The notes under the pieces: model-generated
Databases searched by the model: none
Told to the model about the DNA's origin: nothing
The model's input: the letters and a program-made list of their open reading frames with translations, nothing else
Shown: positions 19,117 through 29,154 of the stretch, in pieces
How positions within the stretch are numbered: position 1 is the first letter of the stretch
Layout of the letters: each line of letters begins with the position of its first letter
DNA from: a virus
Lineage: Duplodnaviria; Caudoviricetes
DNA length: 54,241 nucleotides
Virus record (IMG/VR): IMGVR_UViG_3300021961_000134
Span: 1-54,241 of that record
Strand: one strand, 5' to 3'
Program-made: the position numbers and the translations under genes

Positions 19117-22100
19117 TTACTGGTATTTGTATGTGGTATCGCCCAAGATGTTACCTTCATATATGAAGCTAACATTATTTATGTCGAACCCAACCACGGC
19201 TGCTCCAGGAAGTCCCCCATCACCGCAGTTATGGAATCTAGATTTTCTTCTAAATTCTTCGCCACCACCCATACCAACTTGGCCTAGGTTACCACCAACA
19301 CCACCAGGTAATCTCGTATTACCATAATCATAATTTGGCTGTCCTCTTAAACCGCCATTGATTAAAGTTCCGTTACGAGGCTCTACTTTAAGCTGAGCAC
19401 TTTCATATTTTGAACTTTTAGGTGAAATACCAACAGTCCACCCAGCACCACCTGACCCTGGTACACCTACTATGTCTGAAGTACCAAAGAATGATCTATT
19501 AATTTCTTGAAGATAGTTTGCACCTTCATATGTTCTTGCATATGATCCTACATATGCTTTAGAGTATGTCGCACCATAAATCTTTACATAACTTTTAGCA
19601 TAATCAGCAACAAACTCATTCGCATAAGAACCTGCATAAATGTGGGTCCATGCTTTAGTATATGTTGCAGAATAATTTGCATTTCCTAAGTAACTTGTTG
19701 AGAGATGGAAGACGCCAGTATATGGAGTTAAACCAGAATACAAAGTTTCATTAAGGTATGCACCACCATAGTAAATATTACCATAATAAGCAATTGCAGA
19801 ATAACTTCCTGTATACGTTCTAGTCCAATTACCACCAAATGCACCACCACCAAAGTATACTGGACCTAGATAACTAATACTACCCGACCATGTCTTATTG
19901 TACACTGCTGTATAACTTTTGCTATAATACCCTACAAACACATTAGCATACGACGCTTGCCAATTTTTACCATATGTTTTTGACCAATTTTTAGCATAGT
20001 CTTTACCATAAGTTTGATCAAAGTAAAGCGCGCTAGTTGCAGTATAGTAAGCTGTCCATGCATATGCATTTTCATATGTTACACTATACACAGCCTCGAC
20101 TGCATGATAAGATTCTGGAGTTGTTGAATATGTTGTTCCATAATCATCAGTCCAACCTAATGCACTAGTATATCCTACATATGTGGTTTGATATCCAGCA
20201 GCCCAAATTTTGTTATAATCAACATCTAATGCTGTTGAATATTCGCCAGTATAATTTGTAGATATATTATAATTAACTTCACTTCCGTAATTACCACCAT
20301 AAGGAGCAAATGTATCTGCAGATTCATAACCGTTATATAATAAAGAAGCTGCTCTTGAATATCCTTGAAGACCTTCGTACCCAACGATTCTTACTCTATT
20401 GTAATTTACTGAGTATGATTTATTATATCCTTTGAGATATTCTTTTGTATATGTTCCACTATATTCAGCAGTGAATGTAACATTATAAGATTTTGTATAG
20501 TTACCAACGTATTCAGCTATATACTCTCTTGCATATGTATCCTGATAATCTCCAGTAAAGGTTCTAGAATAAGAACCGGAATAATTTTTTGTATATTCCT
20601 TGTTGTAGGTTTTTGAGAAACTACCTTGATAGGATCCAACAAACGCTTTTGTATACTCCTTAGTAAAATCTCCAACATATGCAGCTGTATAATCTACGGA
20701 ATATTCAGCAACAAAATCCCCTGCATATGCGTTGTATGTTCTATCATAAGATTTACTGTAGGTTTTTTCAAATGTTTGTTGATATGTTGCTTCGTAAGAA
20801 CCTAGATATGTACCTTCAAAGGCTTGTGTATATAATTTATTATATTGTTTTACATATGTAGCATCGTAACTACCAATATAAGCCCCTACAAAATTGCTTT
20901 GATAATACCCTCCACCATATGCACTTGGTTCACTACTATAAGATTTCTGATAATGCCCTACATATGTAACATTATAAGAAACATTATATTCTTTGGTATA
21001 CAGACCTTCGAAGCTAGCAGAACTACCTACAGTAAGATAAGTTTTATTAAACTCACCTGAGTAAGCTCCAGCATATGCTCTTTCAAATGATCTCTCATAC
21101 TCTGTACCCATGTAATAAACTGTTCCACCATATACTGTTACGCCAGAATAAACTCCAGTAAATGATGTAGTATTGTAATCATTAGTATAACCCTTTGAGT
21201 AATTTGTACTAAAGGTTTTTATAAATTCATCGCTCACTCCAGCATAAATTGTACTTGAAACATATGTGTTGTATGATCCGCCATAATTTGCTGTATAACC
21301 TGGTACTGACGTATATGCGGTTACTGTTCCAACATAATTTCCACCGGACCAAGATCCAGTAAACGCTTGAGCTGGAGTATAAGCTCCAATATAGGCTTTA
21401 ACATATTCAGTCTTGGTATATGTATGCTCACCTACGTATGTTTCAACTACACCTGGATATGAACCAGCAATACCATCCCTTCCTTCAGCATAAGATGCTT
21501 GTCCAACATATCCACCTACATAATTCTTTACATAATCAACACCGTAGTTTGCACCACCACCACTATAACCTAGATACGATTGATAGTATAATAATCCGGA
21601 ATATTGTTTTGAATAAGGAACAATGAACTGGCCCCCAACAGCTTCAAAGCTAATAGCATATGTTCCAGTATATGTTTTGCTGTATGTTCCTGAATACGCT
21701 TTAGTATATCCTTTTTCATACGAGCCAGCATATGTTCCTATAAAACTGCGACTGTATCCACCAGTATAAGAACCTACATAAGTTTTTAAGTATGATCCTA
21801 GATACGTACCTAAAAATTCTCTGTTGTAGTATATCGTTCCTGTATAATGTTTTACGAAGTTACCAGTAAATATACCAGTATAGGTCTTTACATAATTTTG
21901 ATATCCCCCACCATAATAAACTTCTGTACCATAACTTAAAGCAAATGTTGTTGTGTTTAAGAACCCAGCTCCAGATGCATAATTACCAGTAAAATAAAGA
22001 GTTCTCGAATAATAATTAGGATTAAGATATCCTGAGTAGAAAACATTACCATAGTAAGCTACTGTTCCATAACCGGGGCCTACAAAGTTTCTTAGTGAGT

Positions 22101-25100
22101 TGTATCCGTTGAAATATTCAGGTGCTGATTGGTGATATGTAGTAATAGTGTTTCCGTAATATATTAAGCCAGTGTAGTTCGTTGCACTATAACTTGGACC
22201 GGAAGCGTATGATCTTGGACCTTGATACGTATTAGTATAAGTGCCTTCAAAATGTCCTACATAGGTTTTAGCATATTGAATTTGGCTTATATAACCACCA
22301 TAATAAAGTATACCAGCAAAGTTTCCTGTATAGGATCCAACATAAGATTTTAAATAATGTTTTACATAGTTACCATCATATACACCAGTATATGAACCAG
22401 CATAAGCACCAGTAAAGTTTCTTTCAAAATTATCAACATAGGTTTTATTAAACACGCCAGTATATGACTTTGCGAACCCAGCCCCAGAATAATAATTAGT
22501 AAATACATTTGTAGGAACGTATTCTGTAGCATCAGCTCCGCCCTGCCATACTCTACCAAGATACGTTGCTTGATAAACACCAGCTTGATCTGAATATGGA
22601 TCAGTAATACCAGAGGCACCACCACCTCCACCGCCACCACCTATTGTCCCATAGTTTTCTATGAATAGATGAACATCTGAACTTGAAGTTTTGATAGCAT
22701 CGCCACCGTTTGTACCAGAATATGACAAACCTCTTGGACCACCAATGTCGCCACCGTTACCACCTTTACCTACAATGTAACCACATGGATATGTGACAAC
22801 TCTTACAAGATGTTTTAGGTCTGCAGTTGTTGATCCAGACACGTTAGCTGTTACTGCCTGCATAGTGCTTAAATCAAGTGAGGAAGAAGTACTTCCATCT
22901 GATCCTAAAATAAATGTCTTGCTATGTTCTAATTGTTCACCTATAAAAATGTTAACCATCTGAAGGTTTTTATCTGGATCTTTACCTATTGAAAATAAAT
23001 AATCTCTGAGGTTAAAGTTGTTTATGTAGTATACAATCTTTCCGTCAATATAATCACTACCTCTTGAAGAACCTGCATTTTCAGAAATTAGTCGACCATT
23101 ACTATTAAATATGATGTCTGTATGATCATATCCAACATATGCGATTTTCCAATCGCCACCTTCTTTAACATTAATATATCTAACTTGTTTCCACGAATCC
23201 TCTTGTTGTACAAACATATTCTTTACAGATTGCCAACTACTGTCGTTCATAACAAACAACTTAGGATCAGAATTTTGAGTGTTTAATTGACCTGAAGAAG
23301 GACCTACGAAGCTAGTTGTTCCTCTGTAAACTTCTTGTCTTGTTAAATTACCGGTATAGTTTTTAACAAATTCAGTTTGACCTGTGTATGAAGGTTGGAA
23401 CGAACCCTGGAATTCAGACAAATATGTTTTAGTGTAATATAACAAGCCTTCATAGTTAGTAGATCCAGTATAATCCCCTACATATGCTGCGACAGGGGAA
23501 TATGAACCTAGCCAGTTTTTAAGGTAATCACTAGAATAAGCACCAATATAATTTTTATTGTATGATTTGTCGTAGTTCGTAGATGTAACTTTTGTATATG
23601 TACCAGTGTAGGCCTTTTGCCATATTTTAGTATATACACCTTCCCATGAATGCACATATGAAGCCGAATATGTACCTTCATATGTTTTAACGTATGAAGT
23701 GCCATCCCCTCTATATGCTTTAGCATATAACTTTTCAAAGGAACCCGTATATGATCTAGAATATATTTTGTTGTAAGCAACAAAGTTTTCTATTCTTTGT
23801 GTTGTATAATTTCTAGACCAAACTTTAGTATAAGCCTTGTCGTATGATTTACTATAAACTTTTTGATAGTATGCATAGCTTTCAGATATATATGATCTTG
23901 CATATAATTTGATATATTCACCTGCGTATTCTTTACGGTACCCACCTGTAAAATTACCGAGGTAAGTTCCATATGCAGGGCCCTCTAAATAATGTTTATT
24001 ATAATTTGTAGACCCAACATATGCTTTGACATATTCTTTATTAAAATCAGCTGAAGGTCTGTATGTCTTTTGCCAGTTCTTAGTATAATTAACTAAAGGT
24101 GAGAAGTATACATTAAATGTCTTTGTAAAGTTTGCTTGACCAGCAAAATAACCTGTAAATGTTTGTGCAAATCCACCATAAGTTTTTAGGAATCCATTGT
24201 ATTCCTTAATGTATCCACCAAAGTATGCATCGCCAGAATAAGCTTTTTCATAGCCTTTTATAAAGTTAGCTGAAGCGTTATAGTAACCGGTATAATAAAG
24301 AACCCCCTGATAATAATTTGGATTAAGGTATCCAGCATAGTAAATGTTACCATAGTAAGCTGCTGTTGCATACAGTTTGGCAAAATTTCTTAGGTATCCA
24401 GCAAAATATGCAGTACCAGAATATTCTTTGTTATATGCTCTAGAAAAATATCCAGTTCCAACAAATGAATGAGAATAATTTTTTAGGTACCCACCAAAAT
24501 ATGCAACACCCGTATAAGTTACAGAGTATTCTTTTGTGTATGATTTAAGGTAACCACTGTAGTATGGTAAACCTGAATAAGTTTTATTATAATCTTTAGC
24601 GTAGGTTTTAATATATCCAGCATAAAAAGCATCGCCCCTGTAAGATACATTATAAGTTTTATTATATTCAGCGAGTCGTACACCACCAAAATACGCATCC
24701 CCAAGATAAGCCCTAGACCAATATATTAGAGTGTAATTGGCTCCTGAATATCCACTAAAGAATAGAGGACCTATAAAGTCCTGATTGTAAACACCAGAGT
24801 AATATTTATTAAATACTCCAGTCCATATTCTACTGTATTCCTTAGTGTAACTTAATGTTCTAGAATAACCACCAAAGAAAAGAGGACCAGCATAATCTTT
24901 AGTATATGAGCCTACCCAAATCTTATTATATGTTGTAGACCAGTTTTTAGCATACTCTTTAGTATAGACGTTCTGATTAGACCACCCACCAAAGTATATG
25001 ACAGGACCGTGGAAAGATCTTGCATAATCAGGACCTGAAAAAGTACCAGACCATAGTCTTAAATATTCTTTGGAATAGTATCCTGATTCACTCGTGTACC

Positions 25101-28100
25101 CACTGTAGTACGTTAAGCCTCTATAAGCTCTATCAAACGTACCACTCCAAACTTTATTATATGCTTGATCAAATGTTCCTGTATACACTGCGTCATAATT
25201 TTTAGTAAATGTACCAGAATAATTTGTCGTTATGTCACCAACATATGTTGCTACATAGGTCTTTATATACGATCCTAAAAACGTTCTTGAATAAGCTGCC
25301 TGCCAGGATGACGTATATACAGAACCCCATTCTGATGTATAATATCTAATACCTGTCCAGTTTTTAGAATAATATGCAACTCCAGAATAGTTACCACCAA
25401 GTGCACCATAGTTTTTAATAAATTTAGCAAAAATGCCACTATAATTTTTGCTATATGTTTTTGTATAATCACCTACATATGTCTTTTCATAGTTCTTAAC
25501 ATAGTCTTTATTGTATTCACCAAGGTAATTTTTAGTATAAGTTTTTTCATATGAACCTTGGTATACTGCAGTGTATGCTTTTACATAATCAGCACCATAT
25601 TCTTTTACGTAATTCTTACTATATGCACCTTGATATGTTTTTGTATACGTCTTATTGTATACATTAGAATATACACCATCCCATGTTCTACTATATTGTT
25701 TTGTATATTCTTTATTGTACGCTCCTTCATATGATTTACTATATCCTGCAACAAATGTTTGAACATAATCCCCTTGATATGTGTGTGAATATATCCCTTG
25801 GAAAACTTGTTGATAAGTTTTTTCATATTCTCCTACCCATACTTTAGCGTAGGCTTTGTTGAATTCATTACCATAATCACCAGCATATATTGTAGTGTAT
25901 ACTGCACCGTATTCGCCAATATAAGTTTTATTATAATCTTTGACCCAAGCTGACTCGTATGTCTTTACCCAGTCTTTACTATAATATCCTGTTTGAGCTG
26001 CATATGCTTTAACATAAGTTGTAGTATAAGTTTTGTCGTAATTTTTAGTCCAGTTTCTATCATAATTTGCAGTATAAAATCCAGTAAAGGCACCTGAATA
26101 TGTCCCTGTAAACACACTACCAAACGAACCTTCCCAAACCCTATCATAATTTTTAGTCCAGTTTCTGGAATATGTTAAAGACTGAATATATCCTTGGTTG
26201 AAGTATCCTGTATAAACACCTGACCAAATTCTTTGATAATTCTTAGACCAAACCTTTGTATAAGATAGAGACTGAATATATCCTCGGTTGAAGTATCCTG
26301 TGAAAACTCCAGTGTAAGCACCTTGCCATATCTTGTTGTAATCTTTGTTGTAGGCAGTAGTACCAGCAAAGAAACCTTGGAAAGCTAAAGCAAACCCAGA
26401 AAAATATGCATTACCAGAATACGCTTTAGAATAATCTTTTAAAAATGATCCAGTGCCTGTGAAGAATCCAGTAAAATATTGTACTGATTGATAATAATTG
26501 GGATTAAGGTACCCCGAATAATAGATATTACCATAATAAGCTGTTCCAGCAAACGTCCTAGCATATGATCTGGAATACCCAGCATAGTATGCTATACCTG
26601 AATATTCTTTAGTATATTCGCCAGAAAAGTATCCGGTTCCAACATACCAACCAGAAAAATTTCGTTGATAGTTAGGAGATAGAAACCCACCGTAGTAAAT
26701 ATTACCATAATATAAAGGGCCTATATATGTTTTTGTATATGTTTTATTCCAATCATGTATGAACACACCAGTATATGTACCAGCATATGACTTTACCCAT
26801 GTTCTGATATATCCATTATAATTTGCATTACCTAGATATGATGTAGTCCAATCCCTAGAATAATCATTTGTGTATCCACCGGTGTAGTTTCCTGCCCAAG
26901 CTCTAACCCAAGTTCTAAGATATCCATTATAATTTGCATTACCAACATACGCTGCTTCATAATTAATATTATATGTTTTATTAAAAGAACCTACAAAAGA
27001 GTTTCCCCAATCGTGGGTAAAAGCACCAGTATATGTTCCTGACCACACCTTTGAATATGTAGCAGTATAAGTTGTACTGTATGTTTTGTTCCAGTCTTTT
27101 GTATACGTGTTTAAGTAGTCTGTTTCTGGTAACCCAACATATGTTCCAGAGTAGGCCTTTAAAAAGGTTCCATTATATGTTGTTAAATATGACTTAGTAT
27201 AATCACCAGCCCATACACGATCATAAGATTTGGTATACAATCCCTGGAATATTTGTGCATATGTTTTAGTATACACCGCATCATAACTTCCAGCATATAC
27301 TTTGTTGAAATCTCCAACATATTCACCGCTATAGTCTTTACTGTAAAATGCAATGTAGGTATGATCATAGTTTTTACTATACGTCTTTACGTATATACCA
27401 GCATAGTTAGTGGTGTATGTTTTGTTGTATTCTTTTTCATACGAACCGACCCAATCTTTATTGTAGGTCTTTTCATAGTTTTTACTGTATTCCCCAAGAT
27501 AAGTTTTGACATAATCTTTAGCCCACAACTTAGAATATGCAGTGTTGTAATCTTTAGAATATTCACCTAGATAATTTTTATGATATACTGATTCATATGA
27601 ACCTGTATATGTTGCAACATAATTTTTAAGATAAGTTTTACCATATTCCCCTTGATATAACTTTAAATAATTTTTAACATATGTGCCTTCATATATTAAA
27701 GCACCAAAAGAAGTTAGTCCGCTGTAATCACCTGTGTATTGAGTTGCACCACCCTCAAAGTTAATTATTGCAACATAACCTGCGGTACCAGCATAATCAG
27801 CAGTATATTGTGGGGCGCCATAATCTTGCAGACCTGAGTATGCTTCTGATATTTGATAATTAGCAGTATAGGTAACAACGCTAGTATAGTTCTTAGCATA
27901 TTCTTTATTGAATGCTAGCTCAGATACCCAAGCTGCTTGTCCTTCATAGGTTTTACTATAACCTACGTAACCACTATATTCTCCTAAAAACCCTTCTGAT
28001 ATTGTTACTATTCCAGAATATGAACCAATACCTACATATGCTCTAGAAAACTGGGTATACCCAGTATAATACTCACCAGAATAGCTTTGGTAGCTTATTG

Positions 28101-28848
28101 CCCCCCCATATGCTTTATTATACTGAACAGGTCCTCCAACATAATTTAAAAACGTATTATATACTGAAGTATAGGTACCTGTATATGTTGCTGGCGCATT
28201 ATATTCCTTTGAATACGCTCTTTGAAATTCACTTTCGTAATATCGTGTACCAAGATATGCTTTGTTATAGTAAACAATTCGATCAGCAGTACCAGTATAA
28301 TTTTTTGCATAGTCAACAAAACCGTTGAAACCTTCACCATAAGTTCTTATATATGTTTGAGCGCCTTCATACGTACCAGTGTATATTCCACCTCTATAAT
28401 ACGCAGGACCTATGTATGTTACTGGACGCGAGTAGTTAGTGACGTTCCCATATGTGCCTTGGTAAATAGCAAATTGGTTGGCATCTGCCCAAATACTATC
28501 AGGTTGATTTGCTGCTGAAGCATATTCTTTAGAATATTGAATAGTACCTGCATACACTGCTGCTGCTTCATAGGTTGCAGTATAGGTATCAACGTCTATG
28601 GAATTGTAGTTTTGGGTCGTTACATATGTTGCTGTGTAACCTACTGGACCGGATGCAAAGTTACCATGCCAGGAAAGGGTTGATGTTCTACGTACAGTAT
28701 AAACGCCTTGATACCCATTATAGAATCCGCTATAAGCATTTGTATATGACATAAGAGCATTATGAGTAGACTCTCTTAGATAAGAGACTTGTCTATCTCT
28801 ACTCTCTCCTGCGTATTCCGATGCGTAAATTCTAGAGGCGTAACTCAT
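19117..28848 (-). CDS. Giant Tyr-periodic repeat protein (3243 aa) containing a split gp38-like adhesin domain
   Basis: YxxxY periodicity, plus non-repeat segments YIVGKGGNGG...GTNGGDAI...IENYGTIGGGGGGGG (~22610-23280) and GGVGGNLGQVG...GGLPGAAVVG...EGNILG (C-terminus) that match T2/T6/S16-type gp38 glycine-rich motifs. Confidence 0.85.
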   Translation of the reverse strand: MSYASRIYASEYAGESRDRQVSYLRESTHNALMSYTNAYSGFYNGYQGVYTVRRTSTLSWHGNFASGPVGYTATYVTTQNYNSIDVDTYTATYEAAAVYAGTIQYSKEYASAANQPDSIWADANQFAIYQGTYGNVTNYSRPVTYIGPAYYRGGIYTGTYEGAQTYIRTYGEGFNGFVDYAKNYTGTADRIVYYNKAYLGTRYYESEFQRAYSKEYNAPATYTGTYTSVYNTFLNYVGGPVQYNKAYGGAISYQSYSGEYYTGYTQFSRAYVGIGSYSGIVTISEGFLGEYSGYVGYSKTYEGQAAWVSELAFNKEYAKNYTSVVTYTANYQISEAYSGLQDYGAPQYTADYAGTAGYVAIINFEGGATQYTGDYSGLTSFGALIYEGTYVKNYLKLYQGEYGKTYLKNYVATYTGSYESVYHKNYLGEYSKDYNTAYSKLWAKDYVKTYLGEYSKNYEKTYNKDWVGSYEKEYNKTYTTNYAGIYVKTYSKNYDHTYIAFYSKDYSGEYVGDFNKVYAGSYDAVYTKTYAQIFQGLYTKSYDRVWAGDYTKSYLTTYNGTFLKAYSGTYVGLPETDYLNTYTKDWNKTYSTTYTATYSKVWSGTYTGAFTHDWGNSFVGSFNKTYNINYEAAYVGNANYNGYLRTWVRAWAGNYTGGYTNDYSRDWTTSYLGNANYNGYIRTWVKSYAGTYTGVFIHDWNKTYTKTYIGPLYYGNIYYGGFLSPNYQRNFSGWYVGTGYFSGEYTKEYSGIAYYAGYSRSYARTFAGTAYYGNIYYSGYLNPNYYQSVQYFTGFFTGTGSFLKDYSKAYSGNAYFSGFALAFQGFFAGTTAYNKDYNKIWQGAYTGVFTGYFNRGYIQSLSYTKVWSKNYQRIWSGVYTGYFNQGYIQSLTYSRNWTKNYDRVWEGSFGSVFTGTYSGAFTGFYTANYDRNWTKNYDKTYTTTYVKAYAAQTGYYSKDWVKTYESAWVKDYNKTYIGEYGAVYTTIYAGDYGNEFNKAYAKVWVGEYEKTYQQVFQGIYSHTYQGDYVQTFVAGYSKSYEGAYNKEYTKQYSRTWDGVYSNVYNKTYTKTYQGAYSKNYVKEYGADYVKAYTAVYQGSYEKTYTKNYLGEYNKDYVKNYEKTYVGDYTKTYSKNYSGIFAKFIKNYGALGGNYSGVAYYSKNWTGIRYYTSEWGSVYTSSWQAAYSRTFLGSYIKTYVATYVGDITTNYSGTFTKNYDAVYTGTFDQAYNKVWSGTFDRAYRGLTYYSGYTSESGYYSKEYLRLWSGTFSGPDYARSFHGPVIYFGGWSNQNVYTKEYAKNWSTTYNKIWVGSYTKDYAGPLFFGGYSRTLSYTKEYSRIWTGVFNKYYSGVYNQDFIGPLFFSGYSGANYTLIYWSRAYLGDAYFGGVRLAEYNKTYNVSYRGDAFYAGYIKTYAKDYNKTYSGLPYYSGYLKSYTKEYSVTYTGVAYFGGYLKNYSHSFVGTGYFSRAYNKEYSGTAYFAGYLRNFAKLYATAAYYGNIYYAGYLNPNYYQGVLYYTGYYNASANFIKGYEKAYSGDAYFGGYIKEYNGFLKTYGGFAQTFTGYFAGQANFTKTFNVYFSPLVNYTKNWQKTYRPSADFNKEYVKAYVGSTNYNKHYLEGPAYGTYLGNFTGGYRKEYAGEYIKLYARSYISESYAYYQKVYSKSYDKAYTKVWSRNYTTQRIENFVAYNKIYSRSYTGSFEKLYAKAYRGDGTSYVKTYEGTYSASYVHSWEGVYTKIWQKAYTGTYTKVTSTNYDKSYNKNYIGAYSSDYLKNWLGSYSPVAAYVGDYTGSTNYEGLLYYTKTYLSEFQGSFQPSYTGQTEFVKNYTGNLTRQEVYRGTTSFVGPSSGQLNTQNSDPKLFVMNDSSWQSVKNMFVQQEDSWKQVRYINVKEGGDWKIAYVGYDHTDIIFNSNGRLISENAGSSRGSDYIDGKIVYYINNFNLRDYLFSIGKDPDKNLQMVNIFIGEQLEHSKTFILGSDGSTSSSLDLSTMQAVTANVSGSTTADLKHLVRVVTYPCGYIVGKGGNGGDIGGPRGLSYSGTNGGDAIKTSSSDVHLFIENYGTIGGGGGGGGASGITDPYSDQAGVYQATYLGRVWQGGADATEYVPTNVFTNYYSGAGFAKSYTGVFNKTYVDNFERNFTGAYAGSYTGVYDGNYVKHYLKSYVGSYTGNFAGILYYGGYISQIQYAKTYVGHFEGTYTNTYQGPRSYASGPSYSATNYTGLIYYGNTITTYHQSAPEYFNGYNSLRNFVGPGYGTVAYYGNVFYSGYLNPNYYSRTLYFTGNYASGAGFLNTTTFALSYGTEVYYGGGYQNYVKTYTGIFTGNFVKHYTGTIYYNREFLGTYLGSYLKTYVGSYTGGYSRSFIGTYAGSYEKGYTKAYSGTYSKTYTGTYAISFEAVGGQFIVPYSKQYSGLLYYQSYLGYSGGGANYGVDYVKNYVGGYVGQASYAEGRDGIAGSYPGVVETYVGEHTYTKTEYVKAYIGAYTPAQAFTGSWSGGNYVGTVTAYTSVPGYTANYGGSYNTYVSSTIYAGVSDEFIKTFSTNYSKGYTNDYNTTSFTGVYSGVTVYGGTVYYMGTEYERSFERAYAGAYSGEFNKTYLTVGSSASFEGLYTKEYNVSYNVTYVGHYQKSYSSEPSAYGGGYYQSNFVGAYIGSYDATYVKQYNKLYTQAFEGTYLGSYEATYQQTFEKTYSKSYDRTYNAYAGDFVAEYSVDYTAAYVGDFTKEYTKAFVGSYQGSFSKTYNKEYTKNYSGSYSRTFTGDYQDTYAREYIAEYVGNYTKSYNVTFTAEYSGTYTKEYLKGYNKSYSVNYNRVRIVGYEGLQGYSRAASLLYNGYESADTFAPYGGNYGSEVNYNISTNYTGEYSTALDVDYNKIWAAGYQTTYVGYTSALGWTDDYGTTYSTTPESYHAVEAVYSVTYENAYAWTAYYTATSALYFDQTYGKDYAKNWSKTYGKNWQASYANVFVGYYSKSYTAVYNKTWSGSISYLGPVYFGGGAFGGNWTRTYTGSYSAIAYYGNIYYGGAYLNETLYSGLTPYTGVFHLSTSYLGNANYSATYTKAWTHIYAGSYANEFVADYAKSYVKIYGATYSKAYVGSYARTYEGANYLQEINRSFFGTSDIVGVPGSGGAGWTVGISPKSSKYESAQLKVEPRNGTLINGGLRGQPNYDYGNTRLPGGVGGNLGQVGMGGGEEFRRKSRFHNCGDGGLPGAAVVGFDINNVSFIYEGNILGDTTYKYQ

Positions 28849-28860
28849 TCTTTATTCACC

Positions 28861-29154
28861 TCAGGAGTATACTTGGTACCAGATATCTCCATTTGCTCCA
28901 CCACTGGGAGCATCTGTGCTCACATAAACAACATATGAAGAAAGGTTATTTGAATCGCCACCGAAGTTAACTGAGGTCTTCTGAATCTCTGCTACACTTA
29001 TAGAATTAACTATACCTTTATCTGTAACATTAGCTGTTACAGCAAATGTTGTATTTCCAAACTCTCCAGTTGTAATACCAGTATCGGGAAGGGTACTTAT
29101 TTGTACGTTGGCTGAGCTATTAACAATCTCAACACCTGCGACTTTAAGAGCCAT
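28861..29154 (-). CDS. Short tail-fibre tip/adaptor protein
   Basis: GxFGxxT...VTDKGIV fibre motif and C-terminal VSTDAPSGGANGDIWYQ, a common phage fibre-tip motif. Confidence 0.65.
   Translation of the reverse strand: MALKVAGVEIVNSSANVQISTLPDTGITTGEFGNTTFAVTANVTDKGIVNSISVAEIQKTSVNFGGDSNNLSSYVVYVSTDAPSGGANGDIWYQVYS

Noticed and set aside
14291-24357. Diversity-generating retroelement template/variable repeat pair
   Set aside because: No reverse transcriptase is in the window. The match is short, both copies are coding, and the single mismatch is a synonymous C/T rather than adenine-specific.
10779-28518. Many 60-200 aa alternative-frame and antisense ORFs inside the two giant genes
   Set aside because: They are by-products of the 12-nt codon periodicity. 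They are Ile/Leu/Met-rich, lack family motifs and are fully nested in long coherent CDSs.
10260-28800. CRISPR array or non-coding satellite interpretation of the repetitive DNA
   Set aside because: There are no identical repeats with unique spacers. The periodicity is at the amino-acid level, with variable synonymous sites in uninterrupted ORFs.
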